The notes beneath the pieces were generated by a model. The model saw only the letters and a program-made list of their open reading frames with translations. It did not search any database and was not told where the DNA came from. The position numbers and the translations under genes are program-made. From the NCBI GenBank assembly GCA_964348835.1, contig CAYGEA010000001.1, positions 5,201 through 69,200 on the forward strand: 64,000 nt of DNA, read 5' to 3'. The stretch is from an uncultured Bdellovibrionales bacterium (GTDB lineage: Bacteria > Patescibacteriota > Minisyncoccia > Moranbacterales > UBA1568). This document shows, in pieces, positions 47,485 through 56,851 of the stretch (position 1 is the first letter of the stretch; every line of letters starts with the position of its first letter).

Positions 47485-48291
47485 TTACGATACTATACCT
47501 TTCTTTTCTTTCAGAACGCGGTTGCGTCCCTGATCTTTGGCCACATATAAGAGTGCATCCGTCCTGCTGACAAGGTCAGCAAAGATATTCTCACTGGTGA
47601 GATGCAGATTGGCAACCTCCGTTTCCGCAATGCCGACACTGACCGTCACAGATAGCCTTTGCTGACGCTGATCATCCAGATGAATAATCGTTCTTTCGAT
47701 GGCATCACGAAAAATTGATGCCTGATCGTAAGCATACTGTATGCTTGATTGCGGAAGGACGATGAGAAATTCTTCCCCGCCCCAACGGCCAAGAATTTCT
47801 CCTTGGCGGTGACTGAAATATTCACCTATCAGATTACTGACAAGAACCAGCATCTGATCGCCCACCGTATGACCATGACGATCATTAACTGATTTGAAAT
47901 GATCAATGTCGATCATCAGCGCCACCACGTTTGGTGCCTTACGATGTTCTCCAACATCACGCATCGAACGTTTCCACGCATTGACCATCGCCGAAAATCT
48001 CAATTCAATACCACGCCTGTTGGCAAGTCCTGTGAGCGGATCTGTCACAGATTGCTCCAGTGCAACCTCAAGCGCCCGTTGAGTGACTTGCAGTTCCCTC
48101 TTAGCCTTTTGAAGACTTCTCTCAAGCTCGGCAATTTCCTCCGCCGGGCCAAATATGTCTCCTCCTCGGCTAAGGTATATTCCGTGACTCAGTGTAGGGT
48201 TGATGTTATCACCAAGCGTCACACCAAGATTGTGTTTGTTTGCATCATCACGCATTGTTCGTATTACCCTCCAGTTGTTGAGAAAAAACAA
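47485..48291 (-). CDS. GGDEF-domain diguanylate cyclase (no obvious sensor domain)
   Basis: Contains DPLTGLANRRG, ALMIDIDHFKSVNDRHGHTVGD and RWGGEEFLIVLP (GGEEF active site). About 100 aa of N-terminal coiled-coil-like leader. Confidence 0.8.
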   Translation of the reverse strand: MFFLNNWRVIRTMRDDANKHNLGVTLGDNINPTLSHGIYLSRGGDIFGPAEEIAELERSLQKAKRELQVTQRALEVALEQSVTDPLTGLANRRGIELRFSAMVNAWKRSMRDVGEHRKAPNVVALMIDIDHFKSVNDRHGHTVGDQMLVLVSNLIGEYFSHRQGEILGRWGGEEFLIVLPQSSIQYAYDQASIFRDAIERTIIHLDDQRQQRLSVTVSVGIAETEVANLHLTSENIFADLVSRTDALLYVAKDQGRNRVLKEKKGIVS

Positions 48292-48382
48292 AAATAATGC
48301 TTTTACAGAAGCAAAATCTCTCTGTCATATTTTTAATGTACTTTCATTCCATCATAGCACAAAAACAGATTATTGTCAATAG

Positions 48383-49627
48383 ATGAAAGAAACGATTTCT
48401 CTGATACAATATAATGGAGTTATAAGTATTCCGTATCAGTCCGCGTTAAGTCGGCATAAGTCTGCCTGTATGCGCATATCATACTCTGCCCTCGACACCT
48501 ATCAGACCTGCCCCTTGAAATACAAGTTCCGGCAGATAGACAAGATCAAAGAGCCCAAGTCCAAGGAGGCTGTTTTTGGCACGCTCTTACACTCAGTCCT
48601 CCACTACATCCACACGCCCGCCATCCTCTCCCCCTCTGTCGAACAGGCGCTTGATTATTTCGCCAAGGGTTGGAACAGCGAAGTGTATGAAAACGAGATG
48701 GAGGAGCGCGCGGCATTCTCTCAGGGCGTCACCATCGTCCAGAACTACCTCGCTCGGACCAAACCCGCAGACTACAACATCGTGGCGCTCGAAAGCCGTT
48801 TCGCCATAGAGATCGGCGACGACGAGTCCGGCAAGCACATCGTCTCGGGCATCATCGACCGCATCGACAAGACTGCGGACGGCTACGAGATCATCGACTA
48901 CAAGACCACGCGCAAGATGCCTTCGCAGGACAAGGTGGACAACGACATCCAGCTCTCTATTTATCTGCGCGCGTTTCTCGAACGCTACCCCAAAGAAATT
49001 GATAACCTCGACAAAATTACTGTCAGCCTCTACTACCTCAAGCACGGCGTAAAACTCTCTTCCAAGCGCACTCACGAACAACTGAAAAGTCTGGAAAAAA
49101 CATTTCTCGATGTCATCCACTCCATCGAAGAAGAGCAGTTCGACCCGATCCTCTCCCCTCTCTGCGACTGGTGCGGATACCAAAACATCTGCCCGCTCTG
49201 GAAACATAAATTTGCCGAGACCCGCAAACTGGAAACCGAAGAAGTCCACACCGCCATAAGCGAGTACCTCGACATCAAAGGAAAATTGAGCGAGGAGAAA
49301 CTGCGCCTCGCCAAACTACAAGCCATTATCCTTCAATATATGGAACAGGAGGGTGTTGATCGCGTGTTCGATGACAACGGCATCATCGCCAAATCGCTCC
49401 GCAAAACCTACAAATACGATGAGAAGAAACTGCGCGCCATCCTCGAACCGCTCGACAAATGGGAATCGGTGCTCAAAGTAGACGGCATCGCGCTGCGCAC
49501 TATCCTTGCCGTTCTCCCCTCCCCGACCCGCCAAGAAGCCGAGGAAGCCAAAGTACTCGATAAAGAAAGTACCACTCTCTCCGTCAAGAAAAACAAGATT
49601 GAAGCTGATGATGATTTGGCTTTTTAA
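48383..49627 (+). CDS. PD-(D/E)XK nuclease superfamily protein, RecB/AddB/Cas4-like with 4-Cys Fe-S cluster
   Basis: N-terminal YSALDTYQTCPLKYKFRQI, core SGIIDRIDKTADGYEIIDYKTTRK (D...E-x-K), QLSIYL (QxxxY), and C-terminal CDWCGYQNICPLW. About 130 aa of C-terminal extension with unknown function. 414 aa. Confidence 0.7.
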   Translation: MKETISLIQYNGVISIPYQSALSRHKSACMRISYSALDTYQTCPLKYKFRQIDKIKEPKSKEAVFGTLLHSVLHYIHTPAILSPSVEQALDYFAKGWNSEVYENEMEERAAFSQGVTIVQNYLARTKPADYNIVALESRFAIEIGDDESGKHIVSGIIDRIDKTADGYEIIDYKTTRKMPSQDKVDNDIQLSIYLRAFLERYPKEIDNLDKITVSLYYLKHGVKLSSKRTHEQLKSLEKTFLDVIHSIEEEQFDPILSPLCDWCGYQNICPLWKHKFAETRKLETEEVHTAISEYLDIKGKLSEEKLRLAKLQAIILQYMEQEGVDRVFDDNGIIAKSLRKTYKYDEKKLRAILEPLDKWESVLKVDGIALRTILAVLPSPTRQEAEEAKVLDKESTTLSVKKNKIEADDDLAF

Positions 49628-49675
49628 CAATGTGTGTTCTTTTGTCTCAACCCCATCAACGTATGGAGGATCAAG

Positions 49676-49912
49676 ATGACCACTCACGATGACGCTGTGT
49701 TACGTAAAAAACTGGAACGGTTCTTGAAAAAATACCCAAAAAGTTCTTTGGAAGATCTTGTGCGGGCAGCTCATGAAAAAAAGTTCCACATCGATCCGAA
49801 TCGCCGGATTCGCGGAGCAGAAATAAAAGCCTTTCAGGAGAATGGTATTATTTCTGACCATCTCGCGGCGTTTATCGAGCAGATGAAAATTTCCGGCGAA
49901 GAAAATGAGTGA
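49676..49912 (+). CDS. Small hypothetical protein (78 aa)
   Basis: ATG preceded by GGAGG at -7. Basic and helical in character. Lies 48 nt downstream of the nuclease gene. Confidence 0.45.
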   Translation: MTTHDDAVLRKKLERFLKKYPKSSLEDLVRAAHEKKFHIDPNRRIRGAEIKAFQENGIISDHLAAFIEQMKISGEENE

Positions 49913-49945
49913 CCATTGACTCGTAGGTCGCACAAGAAGCACTGA

Positions 49946-49977
49946 GGCAGAGAAGGTTTCTCTGCCTTTTATTTTTT
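49946..49977. terminator. Bidirectional rho-independent terminator
   Basis: GGCAGAGAA ggtt TCTCTGCC followed by TTTTATTTTTT. It sits between a plus-strand gene end and a minus-strand gene end. Confidence 0.7.
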
Positions 49978-49993
49978 GTCATACATTTCAGAC

Positions 49994-51749
49994 CTACTCG
50001 GATACTGTATCAGTCTTCCATTGTTTGTGACTCTCCGTGTACTTGCGCCACATCTCGGCGAATGATGCCGAAGATGCCAACAGATGACTGAAGTTTCCAG
50101 AAACGCTGATCACCCCACGCTCGAAGATATAAATTGTATCAAACATCCTGAGGAGATGCAGTTTGTGGATGGAGGCGATAATCGTCTTGTCCCGATACGT
50201 AGAAAAAATATTCTCATAGATAGCTATTTCGTTCTGTGCGTCCACACTACTAGTTGATTCATCCAGAAGGATGATGGATTTTTCTTCTGAAGCCATGAGT
50301 CCGCGTACCAGAGCCAAGCGCTGTTTCTCTCCGCCACTCAAGTTCACTCCCCGCTCTACGACAGAAGATTCCAGTCCCCGTGGCAGACGATCTGCCACAG
50401 AACTGAAGCGGGCAATGTCCATATACTTCCGGATCTCATCTACTGTCCGGTCTATTCCCATCGTGATATTCTCCCTGACAGAAGTGGCAAATACTTCCGG
50501 CTCCTGCGGAATAAGCGCGATGTCGTTTCTCATCGCAAGAAAGCCTCCTCCAAGTTCCTGGCCATCCAGACTGACAGAAACACTCATCGGCGTATAGAGG
50601 CCACGCAGAATCTTGAGAAATGTGGTTTTGCCACTCCCGCTCTCCCCGATCACGGCGATCTTTTCACCGCGACGGATAGACAAAGAGATATCATCGAGGT
50701 GCAAATCCACATCACCGTCCTCGCTGTGGTAGGAAAATGAAAGCGAACGGATGTCACAGACACTCCACTCGTGTCTGGTATTTCCTTCTTCCACTACTTG
50801 GCGAAAATTATCAGACAGCTCCTCGGTGTTTTGGATAGCCGTCCGCCAGCGCACGGTACTACTATAAAGATCAGCAATGCTGTAAAATATATCATTGATA
50901 CGTCCGGTGTAACTATAGAGTGCAAACAGGGTACCGACGAGAATAGTCTCTCCGTTTAAGAGTGCCCTATATCCATAAAATCCAAGGACAAAGGAGATCA
51001 TTGTTCCGCTGACCATGCTCGCCGTAAACCACTTCCATTCATTGAGCTTGCTGTTCTTCACAAAGAGTGTGGACGGACTCATCATATTTTTCCACAAGTC
51101 TTGCGAAAGTAGCCTCTCCACACGTAAAATAACGACCGTTGAAATATTACTGATAACATCATACACTTTGGCGGAAATTTTATTCTCCGCCCTATTGAGC
51201 TCCCGATACTGCTTCACGAGCGTCTTATCAAATTGAATGATGATGCGAATAGCCAAAAAAGTGACCAAAAGCACGATAAAAATAGTATCGAGGTTGAACA
51301 ACGCCAAAGCGATGACCGAGCCGACAAAACGCACACCTGCTTGGATAAACTGAAAACTATTCTCTGAAAAGCTGTAGAGCGCCTTGGTACCTTTTTCAAT
51401 CTTATCTATGGTATCGCCGGAGTGATGATCCGTATGCCACTCGAGCGGCAACCCGATAGTACAATCGAGAAGGTGTTTCTTGTAGTTAGCACGCACCAAA
51501 AAAACTATTGGTCGTTTCGAGCACGCGCGCTGGACCATGGAAGGCCCAAAAAGCGACGGTTTGGAGAACAAACAGACTAAGGAGAATGAAAAAGATATGT
51601 AGGTTAGCAAAAGATATCCCCTGCGCCTGGACGGTATTCAAGATCTTGGCCACGATGAGGGGCTCGAGTAAACTTATAGCATTAGCAATAATAAGCAAAA
51701 AGATATAGAAAACAACCCGAGGACGGTTGCCCTCGGAAAATTGCCACAT
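49994..51749 (-). pseudogene. ABC exporter (fused TMD-NBD, MsbA/type-1 exporter-like) interrupted by a frameshift at an A7/T7 homopolymer
   Basis: NBD motifs GESGSGKTT, LSGGEKQRLALVRGL and ILLDESTSSVD lie in the 538-aa ORF. The N-terminal TM region (MWQFSEGNRPRVVFYIFLLIIANAISLLEPLIVAKILNTVQ...) is in the separate 87-aa ORF at 51486..51749. Removing one A from the run 51498..51504 joins them: ...ETTNSF-LVRANYKKHLLD.... Confidence 0.6.
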
Positions 51750-51770
51750 CTTGCGCGCGAGAAAAAAATC

Positions 51771-51799
51771 GGGTTATTCATACTATATTGAGGTTCTGG
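51771..51799. repeat. Direct repeat copy A (GGTTATTCATACT...TTGAGGTTCTGG) flanking the P-loop kinase gene
   Basis: 13-nt and 12-nt blocks are identical to copy B at 52313..52345. It includes a duplicated ATGAATAACC, which is the kinase start codon plus 7 nt. Confidence 0.7.
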
Positions 51800-51815
51800 A
51801 ATAATGCTGGAACTT

Positions 51816-52322
51816 TTATTCCTCAAGAAGATCTTTCGTCTGTTTAATTGAAGTGAGCTTTATAAGTTTACCATGGTCTTCTATCTTAGCTAAAAACCTG
51901 TCGAGGGAAATAGCCTCTCCTTTCGTCCATACAAGCTTCATAAACTTCCAATCAAATTTTTCAGGACTGCCTTCTAACTCTGGACGGGGATCTTTTCTGT
52001 GTTTTAACCATCTTTTAAAATAACGAATCACAGCGACAATGGGCGGATAATCTAGATAAATAATTGTATCTGCACGAGTAAAAATAAAAGTACGCGCCTC
52101 TTTGCTGATATAACCTTCAATAATCCACTTGTCTCCGGCACCTATCTCTTCCAATTTTTTAACAGTTTCTGTATCCCCAATATACTGCCACCCCGGATTC
52201 CACATAATTGAATCCATGAGAAAAAGAGGTAACTTTAATTTTTCAGCAAGTTTTCTTGCAAATGTTGATTTTCCTGAAGCGCTGACTCCTACAATAACAA
52301 TCTTTTTTCCAAGGTTATTCAT
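51816..52322 (-). CDS. P-loop NTPase / nucleotide-kinase-like protein (AAA_33 / topology-modulation-like)
   Basis: MNNLGKKIVIVGVSASGKSTFARKLAEKLKLPLF carries the Walker A. About 168 aa. AT-rich. Confidence 0.55.
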   Translation of the reverse strand: MNNLGKKIVIVGVSASGKSTFARKLAEKLKLPLFLMDSIMWNPGWQYIGDTETVKKLEEIGAGDKWIIEGYISKEARTFIFTRADTIIYLDYPPIVAVIRYFKRWLKHRKDPRPELEGSPEKFDWKFMKLVWTKGEAISLDRFLAKIEDHGKLIKLTSIKQTKDLLEE

Positions 52323-52345
52323 ACTCTTCTCAGTTGAGGTTCTGG
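52313..52345. repeat. Direct repeat copy B
   Basis: See copy A. It overlaps the kinase start codon and the 12 nt upstream of it. Confidence 0.7.
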
Positions 52346-52359
52346 GACAACATGACAAC

Positions 52360-52902
52360 TTATTTAACAAGTTCCACTAACAAGGGGAATTCTTTATAGG
52401 GTTGCTTATGAGTGGTTGAGCCCATATGTCCATCATGGCGAATAATAAGTTTTCCTCCCAGATTGTCAGCCATAATCTTCCCTTGTGTATCATCGCAACC
52501 CCATGGGTCGTTGTCGGAATTAATGAAGATAAACTCTTTGGCTTTTCCTCTTATTGCATCCCAGTGAAATTCCTCTTCATTTTTCTCACTTTCCAAATCT
52601 TTACGTAATGCCTTGGCATAACCAGAGACCAAGATAGCTTGCTTGACTCTCACATTAATATTTTCCAGCACACTTAAGATTACTTGAGAACCTGCGGAAT
52701 GGTCAATGAGCACCGTTTCCTCGGTAAATGTACCACCAGAGAGGATAAACGGTAACCATTCTTTAAGATTTGGGTAATCATCATTGGGTAATTGAGGTAG
52801 CCAGACATCGTATCCTATTTTTTCTAACTCATTTTTCAAATACGGAAACCAGAACTCATCTTTTTTTGTTCCGGTACCATGAAGTATGATGGCGTTCTTC
52901 AT
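52360..52902 (-). CDS. Serine hydrolase, YdeN/RBBP9-like alpha/beta hydrolase
   Basis: MKNAIILHGTGTKKDEFWFPYLKNELEKIGYDVWLPQLPN...LIDHSAGSQVIL matches the PF06821-type esterase family. 180 aa. Confidence 0.6.
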   Translation of the reverse strand: MKNAIILHGTGTKKDEFWFPYLKNELEKIGYDVWLPQLPNDDYPNLKEWLPFILSGGTFTEETVLIDHSAGSQVILSVLENINVRVKQAILVSGYAKALRKDLESEKNEEEFHWDAIRGKAKEFIFINSDNDPWGCDDTQGKIMADNLGGKLIIRHDGHMGSTTHKQPYKEFPLLVELVK

Positions 52903-52948
52903 AAAATACTTTGCTGAGGCTCTGGGATGAAGTTAAAACCTATTTGAG

Positions 52949-53599
52949 TCAAATTGATGTAAAATCTTGAATTGAACCTTCTTTCATGTCAATGTATTTT
53001 ATTCCGAGTGGCTCAAGGAGCATGATAGGAATTCTACGGGTTGGCCCGAGCTGGTGTTCCTGACGGAGCATGCCGTCATGCACCGGAAATACTACTTTTG
53101 GTTTGATGAGCTTAGCATATTCGATAGCTTCTTCAAGTTTCATCCAGGGGCCAGAAACAGGGAGGGCTAAAATACTAATATTCTTATCTGGATTGTGAAA
53201 AGAATCTCCTGGATAGAAGAGAGTTTTATTAATATAAAAGCCAGTGTTTTGAACCTTGGGGAGATCACGGTGAATGCATGCATGTTCACTCCCGCAACTT
53301 TCGATACTGATGTCCTTGATAATTATTTCTTCTCCATCGGTAATTGATGAGTAAGTAATATTTGCTTCATCAAGAATTTTTCCGACACTCGCATGAGAAA
53401 TGATTTTTGTTTGTGGGTTTTTTATCAAGATTTCTTTTAAAGCATCGACATGCAGATGATCTTGATGTTCGTGCGTGATGAGAATGACATCGATATCTTT
53501 GACATCGGTCGTAGCATTGTAATTTCCAGGGTCAGTCAAAATACAAAGTGCTTCCACTTCAATAAGTAAACAACAATGACCGAATTTAGTAATTTTCAT
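52949..53599 (-). CDS. MBL-fold metallo-hydrolase
   Basis: HxHxDH motif ILITHEHQDHLHVD. I prefer ATG 53599 (MKITKFGHCCLL) because it avoids overlap with the tRNA. Confidence 0.7.
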   Translation of the reverse strand: MKITKFGHCCLLIEVEALCILTDPGNYNATTDVKDIDVILITHEHQDHLHVDALKEILIKNPQTKIISHASVGKILDEANITYSSITDGEEIIIKDISIESCGSEHACIHRDLPKVQNTGFYINKTLFYPGDSFHNPDKNISILALPVSGPWMKLEEAIEYAKLIKPKVVFPVHDGMLRQEHQLGPTRRIPIMLLEPLGIKYIDMKEGSIQDFTSI

Positions 53600-53610
53600 A
53601 AATTTGTATG

Positions 53611-53681
53611 CTGGGGTGCTAGGAATCGAACCTAGGATCATAGGACCAGAACCTATTGCCTTACCGCTTGGCTACACCCCA
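53611..53681 (-). tRNA. tRNA-Gln (anticodon CUG)
   Basis: Manually folded. Acceptor stem TGGGGTG/CACCCCA, D-arm GCC-AAGCGGTAA-GGC (identical to the E. coli tRNA-Gln D-arm), anticodon stem ATAGG/CCTAT with loop TTCTGGT, T-arm CTAGG-TTCGATT-CCTAG, discriminator G. No encoded CCA. Position 37 is G, which is unusual. Confidence 0.8.
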
Positions 53682-53837
53682 AGGTGCGAGAATGAAGAAT
53701 TTTGAATCAAGAATCATGATGTAAAAACCCGTAACTCACTATTCCTGATTCAACTCAAAAGCACTCCCCTTATTCTACACGAAAGGAGTTTTTTTTCAAG
53801 AGTCTGAAGAACGGAGGAAATCACCTCCATTTTTACG

Positions 53838-54752
53838 TTAAGTCTTCAGATAACGGCGGATGGCAATGGCGCTGGAGAGCACGCCGAGAGAGATACCGAG
53901 CAGAATCAGTCCGCCGAGAATGTACCAGAAGAGATCCAAGAAGAGGTCCATAAAATTCCCCTGTGGGAGGGCGCCTTGGGTCAGCGGCGCGATAAAGTAG
54001 GCGACGATCGCAAGGAATACAAGCGTCACGAGAGATGCTACCAATCCATAGAGCGCGCCCTCGAAAATGAACGGCATCCGCACGTAGATATTGGAAGCGC
54101 CGACCAGACGCATAATCTCGAATTCCTGACGATGGGAATAAATAGTGATCCGGATAGTATTGAACGTGATGAGGATGGCCACAAAGATAAACAACGTGCC
54201 AAGTATCAGTCCGGTCGTTTCGGTAGTCTTATTGATGCGATCAAGACGTTCGAATATCTTTTTATTCTTCTCGTAGTTGATGCGACTGATGTCATTCTGA
54301 AAAGTTGAATTTTTTATCTGCTCGACGATGAGCGGATAGTCTTCCGGTGTCACCGCTTTGATGACGAGCGACGCCAAGAGCGGATTCTCCCCTATTTCCT
54401 CGACGGCTTGAGCGATGATGGGATCGTTGCCGCTGTCCGCGAGGAACTGCTTCAGAGCATCCTCACGCGACACATACTCGACTGACGTTATTTCTTTCTT
54501 ATACTTGGAAAGCTCGTCTTTGATCCCGAGTATCCTCTCCTCCGAAACGTCCGGATTGAACGACACACTGACACTCACTTTTTCGCGGAGATTCTGCAGT
54601 ACCAGCTGCGTCGTCATCCCGAGCAGAAATGAAAGACTGACAATGAAAAGAGAGAGCGATAATATACTGATCGTCGCGAACGTCAGCCAGCCATTACGCC
54701 GGAAATTTTCCTTGCCCTCTTTGAACGTGCGCCAGAGTTTGAGTGTTTGCAT
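53838..54752 (-). CDS. ftsX: Cell-division ABC transporter permease FtsX
   Basis: N-terminal TM, a large extracytoplasmic loop and three C-terminal TMs. Located immediately downstream of ftsE. Confidence 0.8.
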   Translation of the reverse strand: MQTLKLWRTFKEGKENFRRNGWLTFATISILSLSLFIVSLSFLLGMTTQLVLQNLREKVSVSVSFNPDVSEERILGIKDELSKYKKEITSVEYVSREDALKQFLADSGNDPIIAQAVEEIGENPLLASLVIKAVTPEDYPLIVEQIKNSTFQNDISRINYEKNKKIFERLDRINKTTETTGLILGTLFIFVAILITFNTIRITIYSHRQEFEIMRLVGASNIYVRMPFIFEGALYGLVASLVTLVFLAIVAYFIAPLTQGALPQGNFMDLFLDLFWYILGGLILLGISLGVLSSAIAIRRYLKT

Positions 54753-54769
54753 AGTACGGAATAGTTATC

Positions 54770-55471
54770 TTAATGTAAGGTATACTTCCCCTTACTCTGA
54801 TCATGCACGATGTGGTTGTCACTGATCACGACAACGCGCTTGCCGATTTTATCGACCACGCCTTTGTTGTGCGTCGCGAGCAAGACCGTCGTGCCGAAGG
54901 AATTGATTTCCAGCAAGAGCCGAATAATTTCATCCGAAGAAACCGGATCAAGGTTGCCCGTCGGTTCATCCGCGATGATCATCTTGGGACGATGGATGAG
55001 GGCGCGCGCCAGTGAGACACGCTGCTGTTCTCCTCCGGAAAGCTGTTTGGGAAACTTGTGCATCTTGCTGCCGAGTCCCACGATTTCGAGGATTTCCGGC
55101 ACTTCCTGATTGATTTCTGCCGTGCTCCGGCCATCGACTTCCAGCGCATACGCGACGTTTTCAAAGGCGGTACGCTGTGGCAGAAGCTTGAAATCCTGAA
55201 AGACGGTGCCGATATTGCGACGGAAAAATGGCAGGTGCTTGCGATTGATCTTGCTGAGCGGTCGTCCATTGAAATAAATTTCTCCTTGGTTGGGATCTTC
55301 TTCGGCATAGATCAGTTTGAGGAGCGTCGATTTACCGGCGCCGCTCGCTCCGACGATGGAAACGAATTCCCCGGGCTGGATGACCAGATTGATATTCTCA
55401 AGTACCGCGTTGTCAGGCGGAAATATCTTGGTGACGTTTTCAAAACGGATGATGGGTTCAGTGTCTGCCAT
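54770..55471 (-). CDS. ftsE: Cell-division ABC transporter ATP-binding protein FtsE
   Basis: Walker [10 protein letters not shown], signature [15 protein letters not shown], Walker [13 protein letters not shown]. Start at MADTEP. Confidence 0.8.
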   Translation of the reverse strand: MADTEPIIRFENVTKIFPPDNAVLENINLVIQPGEFVSIVGASGAGKSTLLKLIYAEEDPNQGEIYFNGRPLSKINRKHLPFFRRNIGTVFQDFKLLPQRTAFENVAYALEVDGRSTAEINQEVPEILEIVGLGSKMHKFPKQLSGGEQQRVSLARALIHRPKMIIADEPTGNLDPVSSDEIIRLLLEINSFGTTVLLATHNKGVVDKIGKRVVVISDNHIVHDQSKGKYTLH

Positions 55472-55563
55472 ATATGTTTTTCTTTTTTTTCGATTCACTG
55501 TTATAAGGTTTCACTCACCAATATATTTTACCATACTTAGTGACAAATGGCACGATGGTATTT

Positions 55564-56656
55564 TTAGCGGGAATGCAGATGGCGGAGCTCGGCTTCTATG
55601 AACGCTCCGAGATTGCCGTCCAACACTTTACTTGCATCACTGGTTTCGGTATTGGTGCGATGATCCTTGACCAAAGTATAGGGATGCAGGACATACGAAC
55701 GGATCTGATTGCCCCACTCGGCGCTCTTGACCTCTCCGCGCAGTTTTCTTTTTTCCGCTTCCTGTTCTTCGATCTGACGGGCGACAATCTTTGAACGAAG
55801 TATTTTTATCGCTTCTTCTTTGTTCTGCAGCTGGGAGCGCTCATTCTGACACGTCACGACGATACCGGTTGGAATATGGGTGACACGCACCGCGCTGTCC
55901 GTCGTATTGACGCTCTGACCGCCCGCGCCTGATGAACGATACGTATCGATACGGAGTTCGTCCGGTCTGATGGCAACCACTTCCGCGTCATCGATTACCG
56001 GCATCACTTCCACCGAAGCAAAGGACGTCTGGCGCAAACTCTTGGCATTGAACGGCGACAAACGCACCAAACGATGGATACCAGCCTCCCCGTGCAGATA
56101 CCCATAAGCATAGACACCCGCTATCTCGATCGTCGCGCTCTTGATGCCGGCTTCACTGCCACGGGATTCATCGAGCAAACGCGTCTTCCAGCCCTGCTGT
56201 TGTGCATAGCGCAGATACATCCGTAGGAGCATCTCCGCCCAGTCCTGAGCATCGACACCGCCCGCACCGCTCCGCACACAGAGGAGGGCACTTTTGGCAT
56301 CATAGGGACCTCCGAGCAAGGTCTTGAATTCCCACTCACTGATGGCTTTTTGTGCCTCTTCGTATTCTTTGTGGAGCATTTCGGTATCTTCCGGTTTCAG
56401 GTTTTCCAGAAGCGCAAAGCCTTCAAGGTCAGCCAAAGACTTCTCAAGGCGTTCGAGAGAAATCCGCTCATTCTGGAGCATCTCCAGTTCCTGCATCACG
56501 CGTCCGGCAGACTGCGCATCGTTCCAAAAATCAGGCCGGGAGCTCGAGAGCAAAAGTTCCGCAATGCGCTTTTCTTTCTGACCCAAGTCAAAGATAGTCC
56601 TGCAACTGCAGGAGTTTTTGTCGAAGAACCGCGATGTTTTCTTGCGTGATATTCAT
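55564..56656 (-). CDS. prfB: Peptide chain release factor 2, with programmed +1 ribosomal frameshift
   Basis: Contains SPF (LSPFNAKSLRQTSFASVEV) and GGQ (RSSGAGGQSVN). A short upstream frame MNITQENIAVLRQKLLQLQDYL ends in CTT TGA C at 56587..56593. A +1 slip gives ...DYLDLGQKEKRIAELL..., continuous with the 340-aa ORF. A GCAGGA Shine-Dalgarno-like element lies just upstream of the slip site. Confidence 0.85.
56587..56593 (-). other. prfB +1 frameshift site CUU UGA C
   Basis: Canonical RF2 autoregulatory recoding heptamer, read directly from the minus strand. Confidence 0.8.
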
Positions 56657-56732
56657 AGTCGATATTCTAACATAATTCCCCTCTTTACAAAAGAAAAAGC
56701 AGGCTGTTGGAGCATGCCTGTTCCGTACTCTG

Positions 56733-56808
56733 TGGAGCCAAGACCGGGGATCGAACCCGGGACCTGCACGTTACGAATGTGCCGCTCTGCCGACTGAGCT
56801 ATCTTGGC
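56733..56808 (-). tRNA. tRNA-Thr (anticodon CGU), CCA encoded
   Basis: Folded manually. Acceptor GCCAAGA/TCTTGGC, D-arm GCTC-AGTCGGCA-GAGC, anticodon stem GCACA/CGTGC (one A·C mismatch at the bottom) with loop TTCGTAA, T-arm CCGGG-TTCGATC-CCCGG, discriminator T, then CCA. Confidence 0.8.
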
Positions 56809-56851
56809 ATTAACTGGGGCAAGTATTATACAACTTCCTACTTTCAAACTT

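Noticed and set aside
53636-53656. Similarity of the upstream motif TGAGGTTCTGG to the tRNA-Gln anticodon arm (GGTTCTGG)
   Set aside because: An 8-nt match can arise by chance in 64 kb. It is noted inside the finding but not called a feature.
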